Of a stretch of DNA of 64,000 bases, positions 12,882 through 26,418 are shown piece after piece (within the stretch, counting starts at the first letter, position 1; every line of letters begins with the position of its first letter). The stretch spans positions 222,580,001-222,644,000 of the forward strand of contig OX597814.1 of NCBI GenBank assembly GCA_951406725.2, given 5' to 3'. Made by a program: the position numbers and the translations under genes. Under the pieces are notes generated by a model. It did not search any database, was not told where the DNA came from, and was given only the letters and a program-made list of their open reading frames with translations. The DNA comes from Octopus vulgaris (Eukaryota).

Positions 12882-13404
12882 TACATTTGAGTTCTCCAGA
12901 CATCTTAGTGGGTGAGGTTATACTCATGAAATATTGGAGATAGTTCCATTAGAGGCAGATATAGGTTGTAAACAGTTTTCCAAAGTTCCTTAATGATGAT
13001 GCACAGTCTTATCACAGATTTTTAAAAACTTATTAGTTTCGAAGAGAAGATGAATCAATCCATAGTGTAGATTTTAAATTTAAAAGGCCTGGTTCATGGC
13101 CCAAACTTCCGGGTTCTTATACACATATTAGGAAAACTGAAGGACCGCTGCAATACGTGTTTGAACCTGAGAGCGGAATAACGTTGAATAAAATCATAAT
13201 TAACTCATCCCCCTGTATTTTCTCCTACCCAAACCCTGGAACATTTCAACACCCTTCGGTATTCGACTACTGTTTTTCCCACCTTATTTTCCACTTATGT
13301 GATCACCTGTATATATACATATATATATATATATTTATACACGCATACAATAATATAAATAATATATATGCGTATATACAAACGCATATGTACATACTCA
13401 CATC

Positions 13405-13447
<43 letters not shown>

Positions 13448-13456
13448 GTTTAAATA

Positions 13457-13512
13457 TTTGTTGTGCAAGATTTTTTATTGGCTAAACTGGCAATATGACC
13501 ATTCCAAAATAT

Positions 13513-13519
<7 letters not shown>
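13457..13519. mobile_element. Internal-deletion derivative of the palindromic element at 49126-49591
   Basis: tttgttgtgcaagattttttat joined to tggctaaactggcaa.atgaccattcc.aaatataacaata, i.e. both termini of that element. Confidence 0.85.
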
Positions 13520-13586
<67 letters not shown>

Positions 13587-14304
13587 AGACATATACATTT
13601 ATATTTGACTGCATGTTTTTTTGTGTGTATAGTAATAGATATATACTGAGTGCATCTACTCAGATTTTGGTGGATCTTGTGTATCCATGTGTGTTTTCAT
13701 ACAAGTAACCTAGTGCCATTACCTTATTTATAATTTTTTTTCTTTTTACATTTTCCACTTCCTTCATCTATATTTTTCTTTAGACGATCCTCTATGACTC
13801 ATTTATTTATCGCAAACAATTAACATCCCATCTTTCGGCGCGCCGGTTGCCCCTTATTGACACCACATATACACTAATGAGATTATTATCAACTTCAGCC
13901 ACTGCAATAATTAGTTTGCTGATACCTTAAGGAAACTGCTATATATCTTGCTAAGGTAATTGGTGAGTAGGGCACGCCATTAGTTCTTCACCGATTCCAA
14001 TCTCCATTCATACTTTGTTTATTCTGGCTGCTAGTCAGGCAGACTTTTGCATTCTCCATTACAGCGGACTCCTTTGAATTAAACGGTGGTATGTACCTGG
14101 TGTAATAGACACCAGGCAGCGACAATACATTCGTAATGTTACTCAAAATGCACCATGGTTTTCCTGACGCAGGCTCGAATATTACTGACAGGACGTCATT
14201 TCGATCTTGAAATACGTACATACATACTTACATAATACATATATATATACATACATGCGTATATGCATACATACATACATACATAAATACATACATACAT
14301 ACAT

Positions 14305-14637
14305 CTGAGACCCCCTTCGGTCACACACAGACCATGGGATTGCACCTAGAAATTTACCCTCCCAGACACAAGTCCGGGCAAGGTTGTAAGACCAGCAGTC
14401 GCCCATGCATACTGGCCTTCCCTCTCCACGCCACCAGTGTTATCCAAGGGAATGGCAACGGCCGATACAGATTGGCACCTGTGACGTCGCATCTCATTTC
14501 TACAGCTGAGTGAACTGGAGCAACGTGAAATAAAGTGTCTGGCTCAAGAACACAACACGCAGCACCGTCCGGGATTGGAGCTCATAACCTCACGATCGTA
14601 AGCTCGACGCTCTAACCACTGAACCATTCACCTTCAC
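14305..14637 (-). mobile_element. SINE family C (tRNA-derived)
   Basis: - strand head gtgaaggtgaatggttcagtggttagagcgtcgagcttacgatcgtgagg..ctccaatcccgg (A and B boxes); flanked by (TACA)n. Confidence 0.85.
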
Positions 14638-14818
14638 ACATACATGCATGTATACATACACACTTCATACATACTTCATACATACAAACATACATACATA
14701 CATACATACATATATACATACATACATACATACATACATACATACATACATGCATACATACATACATACATACATACATGCATACATACATACATACATA
14801 CATACATACATACATACA

Positions 14819-14852
<34 letters not shown>

Positions 14853-14995
14853 CATACATACATACATACATACATACATACATACAAACATACATACATA
14901 CATACATACATACATACATACATACATACATACATACATACATACATACATACATACATACATACATACATACATACATACATACATACATACAT
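14638..14995. repeat. (TACA)n tetranucleotide array
   Basis: Direct reading. Confidence 0.98.
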
Positions 14996-15566
14996 GCACT
15001 CAGGAATGAGAGCGACAACATCTTCAGAGTTGGAGAACTATTGTACTGTTACTGTGGCTATACAAGTGACTCGTACGACCGAAAGAAGCTTGAAGGAGAA
15101 GCAGTCATCATAACAACAAAAAGCAATGCCTGGATACATATCCTGTAAATTAGAGGGCAATAATATCTTTGTCAAGAAGAGTAGCTCCGCCTGGACATTT
15201 ATATCTATCATCATAGTTGCATCACGTTATGTACCGACAAATTTTCACAAAAACATAGAAACATTTGGTTTCACAGAGTAAGAGTAATGGAAACTGCCGC
15301 GAATTCTTCTAATCCATTCTATTAGTGGCACATTGCAGATTTGTAAGACATTCAAGACATTCTCCATGTGAGATTCTTATGCGAATATATGCACATAATT
15401 GGGTGTATGTGCCGACAGTTCATCCAACCTCACCAACTCAACCACTTATTTACGAACACCGCGAACTTTCTTCGCTCAAAATGTCTAGTTGCTTTGTCAG
15501 CAACCAGCTTGAACTCTTTCAAGAACTTGATTAAACTCACAGAAAATCATACACACATGTGCATAT

Positions 15567-15737
15567 AGGCGCAGGAGTGGCTGTGTGGTAAGTAGCTTAC
15601 TAACCAACCACATGGTTCCGGGTTCAGTCCCACTGCGTGGTACCTTGGGCAGGTGTCTTCTACTATAGCCTCGGGCCGACCAATGCCTTGTGAGTGGATT
15701 TGGTAGACGGAAACTGAAAGAAGCCTGTCGTATATAT

Positions 15738-15777
<40 letters not shown>

Positions 15778-15988
15778 TTGTGTGTCTGTGTTTGTCCCCC
15801 TAGCATTGCTTGACAACCGATGCTGGTGTGTTTACGTCCCTGTCGCTTAGCGGTTCGGCAAAAGAGACCGATAGAATAAGTACTGGGCTTACAAAGAATA
15901 AGTCCCGGGGTCGATTTCCTCGACTAAAGGCGGTGCTCCAGCATGGCCGCAGTCAAATGACTGAAACAAGTAAAAGAGTAAAAGAGTA
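15567..15988 (+). mobile_element. SINE family A, full length
   Basis: tRNA-like head, internal TA/TG microsatellite, 3' hairpin cagtca-aa-tgactg and gtaaaaga repeats. Confidence 0.92.
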
Positions 15989-17363
15989 TACTTATATACA
16001 TACAGGGAGAAATATAAGCGCTGAGAAGCAAAGACAGACAGGAAGTTAGTCAGAATTAAACGGAATAAGAGACGAAGCGTTTGAACTCTATGACAACAAG
16101 GAATCTCCGTTCATTTGGCTGAAACTCATTAAGAAACTTTTCTCCTCCAAATCTTCTTTTGTTTTATATCTCAAGTAAAGTATATTATGAACTGTTTACC
16201 AAATAAATGCTTCTTTTATTTACAATATTTTATTTGTACTAGCGTTGTTTTTCTATCTTAGTTTCTCATTTTGTTAGAAGAACTCTGTGGAACATAAAGT
16301 GGTTGAAGATAAAGATGCACGTCCCACCCCTGAACAGCTGCAGAGAAGCAGTAAAATTTCCGATTATCGAAAAGCATTATTTAACAGAAATAATAAAAGA
16401 AAGAATATACAAATCCGAAAATAATAGCAAATTAAAATTTCAAGCCTCCTTTCTGAAGAAAACAAATTATGAAAAAAAAGTAAACCATGAAGCAAGATAA
16501 AAAGAAAAAAAGAAGAAAAGAAAAGAATGAGAAAAAGGAGAAGAGAGAACAGAAAAATATCTAAAATTGAGTCTGAAAATTACATTCACAGAATTTTAAA
16601 TCAATTTAAATTGAGAGTGTAAGAGGCATAAAGGGAGACACACAGATAATCAGAGATAGAGAAGCAAACAAAGAGTGGAGCAGAGAGAGAAAAAAAGGGA
16701 AGAGACAAGGAGAGAGAATCAGTTTTTAATATTAAGTTGATATAGATTTTTAAGAGTTCGTATTTATTTTGATTATCACGTAAGTTTAAGAAAAATGTAT
16801 AAAAGATATTGTTAAAATTGCTAGTATGAATTTATTCACTAGTAAATCATTGTGCAAGTTGCTGAAATATGCTGCAATTAATTCAATGGAATTGAACTAA
16901 TTTAGGTAGTAGATAATGAGCGGCAACATGGTTGCGGATATACGAAGTTCACTTTACAATTATTTGGTTACTGGATCGGTTCCACAGAGCTGAAAATTAG
17001 ATTAATACGTTCTGTCATAGATTCATGTTAAACAATGTGTAAGTCTTTATATAATTCTTGGATATACACCGTGAAAGAATTTAAAAATCAGGAAAAGATA
17101 GCTACTGAAATCCCAGGTGGGATTTGTTCTGCATCAAGTTATATTGTTCAATAATCACTTTCGCCATGAGAAATAATGTGAATAGGTGTTTTTCCTGCTG
17201 GAACAGATATGAGGCAACCAACGCGTTATACTCTGAAAAACGTTATTAATAAGGCAATGTATACACACATACATACATATATATGTGTGTGTGCGCGTTT
17301 GTGTGTGTGCGTGTGCATACATATCTGTATATATGTATGTATATTTATGTATATGTAAGTGTA

Positions 17364-17409
<46 letters not shown>

Positions 17410-17467
17410 CATATTTGTATGTATAAATGTATATATATATGTGTGTATGTATATATATATATATATG

Positions 17468-17530
<63 letters not shown>

Positions 17531-17879
17531 AATATGTGTGTATGTAATTGAAAAAGTTGCAGTCAACAAGGAGTACGGTTGGATATTTATTTGCAATGAT
17601 TAAAATTGTTTCTACGCAACGTAGTTCTCCAGGCTTGTAGGTAGTTGGTTATGCAACTGTTTTCCTGCGTTATGGGATTTAGGTGTGATCCCTCAGGCGA
17701 TCTATAAATATTGTTCTCCGTAAATTCAAAATTCTCGGTTTCAAGAACATCGAATCTGTCTGTCGTGGTCTGGAGTTAATAGTAGCCACTGAAAGTCTGA
17801 AGATATTTGATAAACTGCTATGAATGTAACTTAACCGTACATGTATATATGTATATGTGTGTGAATATATATATATATA

Positions 17880-17924
<45 letters not shown>

Positions 17925-17932
<8 letters not shown>

Positions 17933-17989
17933 CAATAATCAGAATAGGTGCTTTTCCTGCTGGAATAGATATGAGGCAACCAACGCGTT
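17925..17989 (+). repeat. Local direct copy of about 17143-17227 at the end of a (TA)n tract
   Basis: atattgttcaataatca|gaataggtg.ttttcctgctggaa.agatatgaggcaaccaacgcgtt at both sites; the second lacks about 22 bp. Confidence 0.85.
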
Positions 17990-19415
17990 TGTGTATGTGC
18001 ATGTCTATCAGTACATGATCTATATTCTACTGATGTTCTAAATTTGTGATTAAAATTCGACATACTGGTGGTCTTAAGAACTTATTTATTTTGCATTCTG
18101 AGCCCACCTCACTAAGGCCTAAACATCCTCCTCTTAAATCACGACTGTCATAAGCTTTTAACTCCTGTTTCGCAATTGAATGTAAGGATCCTTAATTGCA
18201 ATTTATAATTTATAATATTATAACCAAAATAATAACTTATAACAAACAATATATGGAATGTTAAATTCCCCTTGGTAAATTCCAGTACTAATCTTATGAG
18301 GCTTCTGCACTGGCTAGGAACTGATTTTCCTCATGAACAGCCAATTGGAGACAGATAAGTATTCTACCATTAATCCCCACCTAACACATTGCTTTTCTCT
18401 TCATAGAATCTAAAGTAAGAGGGAGATAAGTAAAATATATATTATGTAGATTGAAGCCTCATATAGAAATAAACGAATAAAAATATACTCATTTCGCTTA
18501 TATGATTTTGCAATAGAGAGAGAGAAAGACAGAAAGGTCTAAGTGGAGCACCCATCAAGGCTTTAATTCACTTGTTCCGCTAACTGACACTGTATTTGTT
18601 GTAAACAGCCTTATAATATCAACAACACTTATAAATTTGATTTTCCTGTAAGAAGAATACAATTACCTATTAGCAAAATATAATATACCTTTGTACATCT
18701 ACAAATATTTCACGTTCAGGTATTTTATTTGGACATTATCAAATAATTTAGCTCTCTCTGTATAAAATAACTATATGCGAATCTTTGAATATACATGCGT
18801 TATGATGCAATTTAGAATTGTCAACATCACTAACAGAACTGAGATTTCTTGAACTAATAGGTTCTTCAAATTAGCTTTGAAGAAACTATGAACCACATAA
18901 CTAATATACTTGGCAGTGGCTTACAAAATTACGCTGAGAATTTTCTTGTTTTCACCTTCATGAAAAGATCATCAAATGCATGAAGCAAAGAAACTTACAA
19001 GTGCTGAGAAGGTTAATTTTGTACACCCTTTTATTCTTTTCATGTATGTATTTTTTTTCGTTTCTGGTTTCTTCTGTCAAGTGCATATTGCAGATAAATA
19101 ATTGCTTTCTGCTTTTACATCCAGTTTAACAACGGATTATACTACATTGTTAAAGTTTTTTGCTTGTTATATATATATATATTCGATCTATTTCGCAGTT
19201 TTTACATAATAGCGCACACAGGCGTGGGTGCGCGCGCACACACGAATAGACACACACACACACACACGATCACATAAGTATACATATTTGTAAATGTTTG
19301 TGTGAATTCTGAATGTACGAATATTTAAAACTCGCTTGATGATAATGTTGTTTCCCTTCTCGAACTTAAAATGTTATGCAGAGAAAATTGGGAGAACCAT
19401 GCAGATTATAGTTTA

Positions 19416-19588
<173 letters not shown>

Positions 19589-20273
19589 TATAGATATGGC
19601 GTTCAATGAATTGAGGAGTTGTATCTGAGATAGTTCCGATTTCATACTCGGATAGTGCATTAATGGTAAGGCTTGATCTGTGGATTATACTTGCTCTGGG
19701 CGTTAAACAAGCTTAATTAGCGTGGATACTGCGTGAAGACAATAAAGACACAGACATAGTAATTTACTAGGAATCACCCCAGGAAACGTTTTAAGAGAAA
19801 TGGGACAAATCTGTTGCAGAATGTAGATAATGTTACTTTAACCCTCTAAACGAAGAATATGGTTAATGTCCAATATTTATGTGTGAGAGAAGAAAAATCT
19901 ACGCTTTACGACGAAAATCGAAAGCGAGAAATACGCGTTTATTTCTGTGTCTCGTTTAGAGGCACATGTAAAGATGCATATATCACAACATTTTTGACAG
20001 GGGCGAGGTGACTTATGTGTGCGGTGGAGGGTGCGTGTGTGCTCGCGCGCACGTGCATGTGTGTGAGCGCGTGCATGTATGTGTGCGTATGTGTGTGTGT
20101 CTGTGTCAAAACTCTGTGTCTGCGCGCGTGTACGCTACAATCTTACGGTATTTATACGTTCAGCATGATAGACTGATGGCTATTTTAATTTCGTGGTGGT
20201 TTCTGAAGCTTTGAATAGTTCCACAATGTCAGTGAATGTGATGTTTGTTGTTTCCTATATATTGAGGCAAAAC

Positions 20274-20333
<60 letters not shown>

Positions 20334-21129
20334 TATATATTAAAATTAAATATTGACTGCAAATTTAAACAAGTTATGTTGGATGCCCTCATAGCGATTA
20401 CAGTTGTATTGAAATTTTTCTCTAGCGATTGTTATTTATTTCATTTAAATAAGGTGACTATTGATACACTACAGCCAACGAAATGATCACTTTCAGTTAA
20501 TCATCTAGTAATTTAATCTGACATATAAAGTAGTTATATACCCCATTATTTCAATATTTACATCGCAATATATTTTATTATGCAATTATGCTTGTTGTCT
20601 GAAACATTTATTCAACGAACTGAAAGAGTGGTCTAAAGACAACCTTACTGAAATTCATGCTAAATATAATAAATCTTTGTTTTATCCTTTATTTCTTGCT
20701 TATATTTGTATTGATTTGCTATTAATAGCCATACATTTAGCTGTAATTTGATATATATTCTTAATTTATCTGATTAAATCATATAACCATAAGTTTATAT
20801 TAGGGTTAGGGTTTTCAAAAATTACTTACCGTTATTGCAGTTAAATATTCAGAGATATAATGAGTTTTATAGTTTAGATAAAATGTTTATTGAATACTAT
20901 TTTCTGACAGTATAACCAGTAAAATAAAGACCTTCATCTTCATTATTTCAAATCTAAATACCTAGAATCTGATTATATCAAACAGACAGTTACATACGAA
21001 CTACAAAAACTTCAACCAAATGTATTCCACTCATAACTCAGTCAACGAGAAAGAAGATATTAGATCTTCAAGTATGAAATTTACAGAAAAGAAAAAGAAG
21101 TTTTCTAATATTTGATAAATACAAGGAAT

Positions 21130-22115
21130 AGTTTTATTCATCAAACTGTCAATAAACTTTTGCCATTTTAGCGGTAGTTTGTCCAGCCCTGAACTTTAAA
21201 AGCAATCTAGAATAATAAAATCTTGGAAGGCCTGTTTTACAGCATCGTCGGAATTATATTTTTTTGTTTTTTTTCCTTTCAAAAAGTTATACAAATTTTG
21301 GAAGAAGTGGTAGTCAGTGGGGGCAAAATTAGGTGAGTATTGTGGATGATGGAGAACTTCCAAATCCAACACCTGTAGTTTCGTCAATGTTGTTTTTGCG
21401 ATGTGTAGCCTGGCGTCGTCTTGAAATAAAATAGGAGTGCATCTGTTGACTAATCGAAGATGTATCTTTTGTAGGTTTCTGCATCATTTGATCCAGTTCG
21501 CTGCAGTATACTTCGGCCGTGATTGATGTGCCAGATTTAATAAAATCATAATGGATCACAACTACGCAAGGCCACCATCAGCTTCTTTTAATGAATTTGG
21601 CTTTTTGGACTACTTTGGTGGCTGTTATTTGTCCAAACATTGAACTGAACGTTTACGGTTATTGCATTGGATCCATTTTGCTTCACTTGTTACAATTCGA
21701 TTAAAAATTGTTTCATGCTTGTGACAAGAAACAAGCATAATACAGGCTTCCAAACGTTGCTGATTCTGATTTTCATTGACTTCATGTGGAACCTACTTAT
21801 CCAACTTATTCACTTTACCGATTTGTATCAGGTGAGTCAATATTGTTTGCTTTCTAACACCAAACAATAACTATAATTCACGGGCACTTGAGAAGGATCT
21901 AAATCGACGGTGGCTTTCAGTTCGACATTTCCCTTTGTTTCTGGTCGACTGCGTTGTTCATTTGTGAGGTCAAAGTTACCATAACGAAATTATGCAAACC
22001 AATTTGATACTGTCTGTAATAACAATAGAATGAAATACTCCATTAATATTCTGATCTGTCTGTGATGCTGTATTTCCCCCAAAAGAACTCATATTTCAAA
22101 AGTGTACGAATTTCC
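21130..22115 (-). pseudogene. mariner-type transposase remnant
   Basis: Frameshifted pieces: TVSNWFA*FRYGNFDLTNEQRSRPE (HTH region), IHYDFIKSGTSITAEVYC, ILFQDDARLH (LHDNARPH-like) and HPQYSPNFAPTDYHFF (YSPDLAPSD-like). Confidence 0.88.
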
Positions 22116-22276
22116 CTCTCATCCATCTCTAAATAAAAATAGCAAAACACGATTTATGTATACATACGTATACATACATACATACATACATACATACATA
22201 CATACATACATACATACATACATACATACATACATGCATACATATATACATACATGCATACATATATACATACATG

Positions 22277-22323
<47 letters not shown>

Positions 22324-22386
22324 GGGAGTAAACACGGCAACGGGAAACTCAGAGTAACAGGTTTTGTTGAATTTTCTGCTGATTTA

Positions 22387-22421
<35 letters not shown>

Positions 22422-22429
22422 ACTTTGAT

Positions 22430-23095
22430 AACTTTCATCGGTTTCGGCCAGTATACACCCAGGCCAGCTCTAACTTAATAGCACCATCTGGTGAAGTTTT
22501 TAGTCATAAATTCGGTAGAATGGCCCATTCTAGCAAAGAGTTATTATTGTTGGAGACATATCCGGGTGTAGGAGGTTGGTCCGGGATTTTTTGGAGAAAT
22601 TTGTCCAGTGAAATTTTGAATTTTATGGGATCCGTTTCCGTTCTGACGTATTTTGGTATGGTATTAAAGAGAGCCGGACCAGTTGAGGTAAAGTAATGGT
22701 GAAGTGATGTTGCTATGTGTCCTCAGTTCAATTTTTATAGTGGGCGGATAGCACGGGGGCCAAGTATTGGATGGAATTTAGAATGTATGCCAACATCATT
22801 TGTGAAATATTGATGGAACATGTTCCAGTTCATACGAATGATGTAGAGTACCCGGTGGCGTTGGAGAGAGTATAGATTGATTGCCTCTCATGCCGTCAAT
22901 CTTTCTTGTTATTGACGTGTGAAGTGCTTCCACTTTCATAATGAGTTGCTTTAAATATGGAGACCACAGTGGGCAATAGTACTCAAGCTGGGGTCGGGCA
23001 AAAGAAGAGTAGAGAAGGATTACGGTGCGCGCATCTCTTGACCGGGAAGTTCTCAGAATCCAGGAGCTCATCTTGCGGGCGAAGTCAACCTTGCT
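22430..23095 (-). mobile_element. 3' fragment of CR1-group LINE (RT C-terminus and tail)
   Basis: LLYSSFARPQLEYYCPLWSPYLKQLIMKVEAL..ITRKIDGM, later GPALFNTIP; flanked by (TA)n. Confidence 0.85.
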
Positions 23096-23214
23096 GTTTA
23101 CGTGGGAATATGCAAATATATATATATACACTAGATAGATATATATGTATGTACTATGTATGCATGTATATATATATATATATATATATATATGTTTGTG
23201 TGGTGCGTGTGTGT

Positions 23215-23265
<51 letters not shown>

Positions 23266-23322
23266 ATAGATCGCTACCCACTAAACCTTTACTATTTTCT
23301 CTCACTGATTCTTTCTGTGTTC

Positions 23323-23358
23323 CTTTCTGTTGAGGAGCGTAGGCTCGAAACGTAAAAG
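23323..23358 (+). ncRNA. Minimal hammerhead motif (core variant CTGTTGA)
   Basis: CTTT-CTGTTGA-G-GAGC-gtag-GCTC-GAAA-C-GTA-AAAG, within an insert of about 190 bp between (TG)n and (TA)n. Confidence 0.65.
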
Positions 23359-23451
23359 ACTTTCTCACTTCCCGAGCGTTAAACTAATGCATCTATTTGT
23401 TGTTTACACATCCGTCTTCGTCTTTTTGGGGTTTTTTTTCTAAATTCTCAC

Positions 23452-23483
<32 letters not shown>

Positions 23484-23941
23484 CCTATTTATGTTGTTTT
23501 TGTGTGTGTTTTTGTGCTGTGTGTGTGTGTGTGTATGTGTGTGTGTGCCTGTTTGTGTTGTTTTTGTGTGTGTTTTGTACTCGTGTGCGTGTATGTGCTT
23601 GTGTGCGTGTGTGTGTGCGCGTAGTTATGTGATTGTGTGTGTTTATCTGTTTGAGTTCGAATACTAAGAAATTAAAATAAATTTAAATATCTGCTGCATT
23701 GCTGTTAATAATCAATTTGCATGTCATGATGATATACATATCTAGATAGATCTATATCTTATTCAATTAATTTTAATAGCAGTCATATAGAGTGACGAGT
23801 TACCGTCTGCAGGCAAGTAGATCATTTTTGATAAAACATTAGTTAGATTTTTATCAATTAATCAATTAAGCAATTTGCTGAACGTGTCAATTGACAAATC
23901 GAAGTTTCTTGAATTAGTATAATACTATTCATCATCACACC

Positions 23942-24012
<71 letters not shown>

Positions 24013-24017
24013 TATTA

Positions 24018-24050
<33 letters not shown>

Positions 24051-25406
24051 TCATTTCAGTTTGTTTATGTTAATTTCATGGAAGTATTTTTGCAAACTTT
24101 ATGAGTCACGACATTTGTCAAGTTATTAAAACTAATAATAATGTATAAGACTAAGAAAAGAGTAAATTTAATTATCATGCCATTTCTATAAATAGTGCAT
24201 ACCTTAATTATTTGTACATATTCCATCACTTGTGATCTGTTTTCTCTTTTTAATTTTCAGTACAATGAGTGCACGAAAATTTTGATGCACAATCTTCTGT
24301 GTCTTTTCAAGATTTTGTTATGTTTAGAAATGGGGGTAATTATTAAGCTTACTATCAATTGTAAATGATTAGTTTAATGCTCTCAAAACTATTAAGATGT
24401 AATGCGAACTTTCAATAACATATTGAGAGAAATCTACAAAATTTATGATATTTTAAAAACATGATATCCATTCGTGTTGGGAAATTTGTTAGGAAATAAA
24501 AAGAAAATAAGATTATACATAATGACTGCAATTCTCTCAAATAAACTCAGAATTGAAAAACGAAATAAAGAATGACTGAAGATCGAAATAGTAGCATAAA
24601 ATATCTTTGTTATTGAATTTGTTATACATTTAAAGTGTTTCGAAGGATTTTATATGTTGCGATATATCTATTACTGAGGGATATCTTTTTTATGAAAATA
24701 TCTATCGTCAATCTGGAGAGCAACCTGATATAAATAATTACGAATAACACAACCTCATACTTACGGCGGAAGCGTACCATGAATATTTTGATAAATGAAA
24801 TAGTGTGGACACACCTGCTGTTGATAGGAACACAAATGAATTAGGTACTTGTAAATACGTAAGTCTACACTATCAGCTTTTATAGTTCGACGGACAATTT
24901 TAAAAATCTAATATCATAGTTTGTAAAAGCTTATGAATTACCAGCTAAAAATGTCAAGAAGTCCAAGAAATCAATTTGAACGTAGTATACCGATTGGTGT
25001 GAAGTTGTGTGCGAATATGATAACAGTTAAAGTCATGCAGTTTATCTCATTAGATCTCCTCTTCAACCTAATGTAGTCTTTAACCGTACTTGCCGATCAT
25101 AAAACGTCGGATACGTGTAAAACTCGAACCCCTACGGAAATTCGTTGCACTTCGAAGCAGGAGCCTGTTAACTGAGATCTCTCTAGCTTTACTGGTGATT
25201 CGATTGCATTGTTTTATTTTAACATTCATATTGATGATTTATGGGCCAGTCTTCTGTTTCTAGCCTAGCTTAACATAAAGCAAATGTATGATATACGTCA
25301 CGAATACATACATAAGGATAAATGCGAAGAGACAGGCAAAGATGAAGAGAAACAGACACAAAAAGTGAGAAAGAAAGAAAGAAACACAGAAAGTGATAGA
25401 TAGACA

Positions 25407-25454
<48 letters not shown>

Positions 25455-25914
25455 GTAGAAAGAAACAGAGATATATCAAGAGACACTGAGTTGGAGAAAT
25501 AAGACAGTTTGGCCTTAATTATTCTAGGTTTGTGTTCATAAAGCATATAAAGAGAACATTCTGAAATGTTTATCTATAGCATGTACGTTGTTGATCCAAA
25601 ATAGAAAACAGAAGCTCTCGAAATAGCTTGGAAAATTAAGGGTCAAAGTCAGTGTAAATATGAAAAGTTTGCTTCAAGCAGGAAATACTCTCCCTCCCAC
25701 ACTTTCTCCAAATATCCCCCTTTTCTATTCTCCGTCTATATAGATATTTATACAGATATATATACATCTGCAGCATAAATAAGTGAGTGTAGCTACCAGC
25801 TCCTATAGAATAAACCTACGCATTCTATCGGTCTCTCTCTCTCTCTCAATAACTCTGTATCCAAACAAACATTCATACCTCCCTACAAACATACACAAAC
25901 ACAGACACACACAG

Positions 25915-25963
<49 letters not shown>

Positions 25964-26099
25964 CATACTGCGTATATATTATACATATGTATATATATAT
26001 ATGTATATTTATAAATAGAGAGATAGATAGATGATAGATAGATATACAAGTAGGTAGGTAGATAGATAGACAGACAGACAGACAGAAAGACAGACAGAC

Positions 26100-26226
<127 letters not shown>

Positions 26227-26373
26227 CAGTCGAATAAAGATTAGTTGGTGGTAATCTGGTACCGGAGAAAAGGTACAGAGTTATCTACCGAGAATCTCTA
26301 TATGTATATATATATATACACACACGCCCACACACCTCATATGTGTGTGTCTATTTCTATACACACATACACG

Positions 26374-26418
<45 letters not shown>

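Noticed and set aside
15945-15975. SINE A tail cagtca-aa-tgactg-aaacaagta as a hammerhead
   Set aside because: No CUGANGA core; better explained as a LINE-type 3' stem-loop.
25103-25190. tRNA-like sequence on - strand with GGTTCGAG
   Set aside because: No cloverleaf or acceptor stem; at best an old SINE head.
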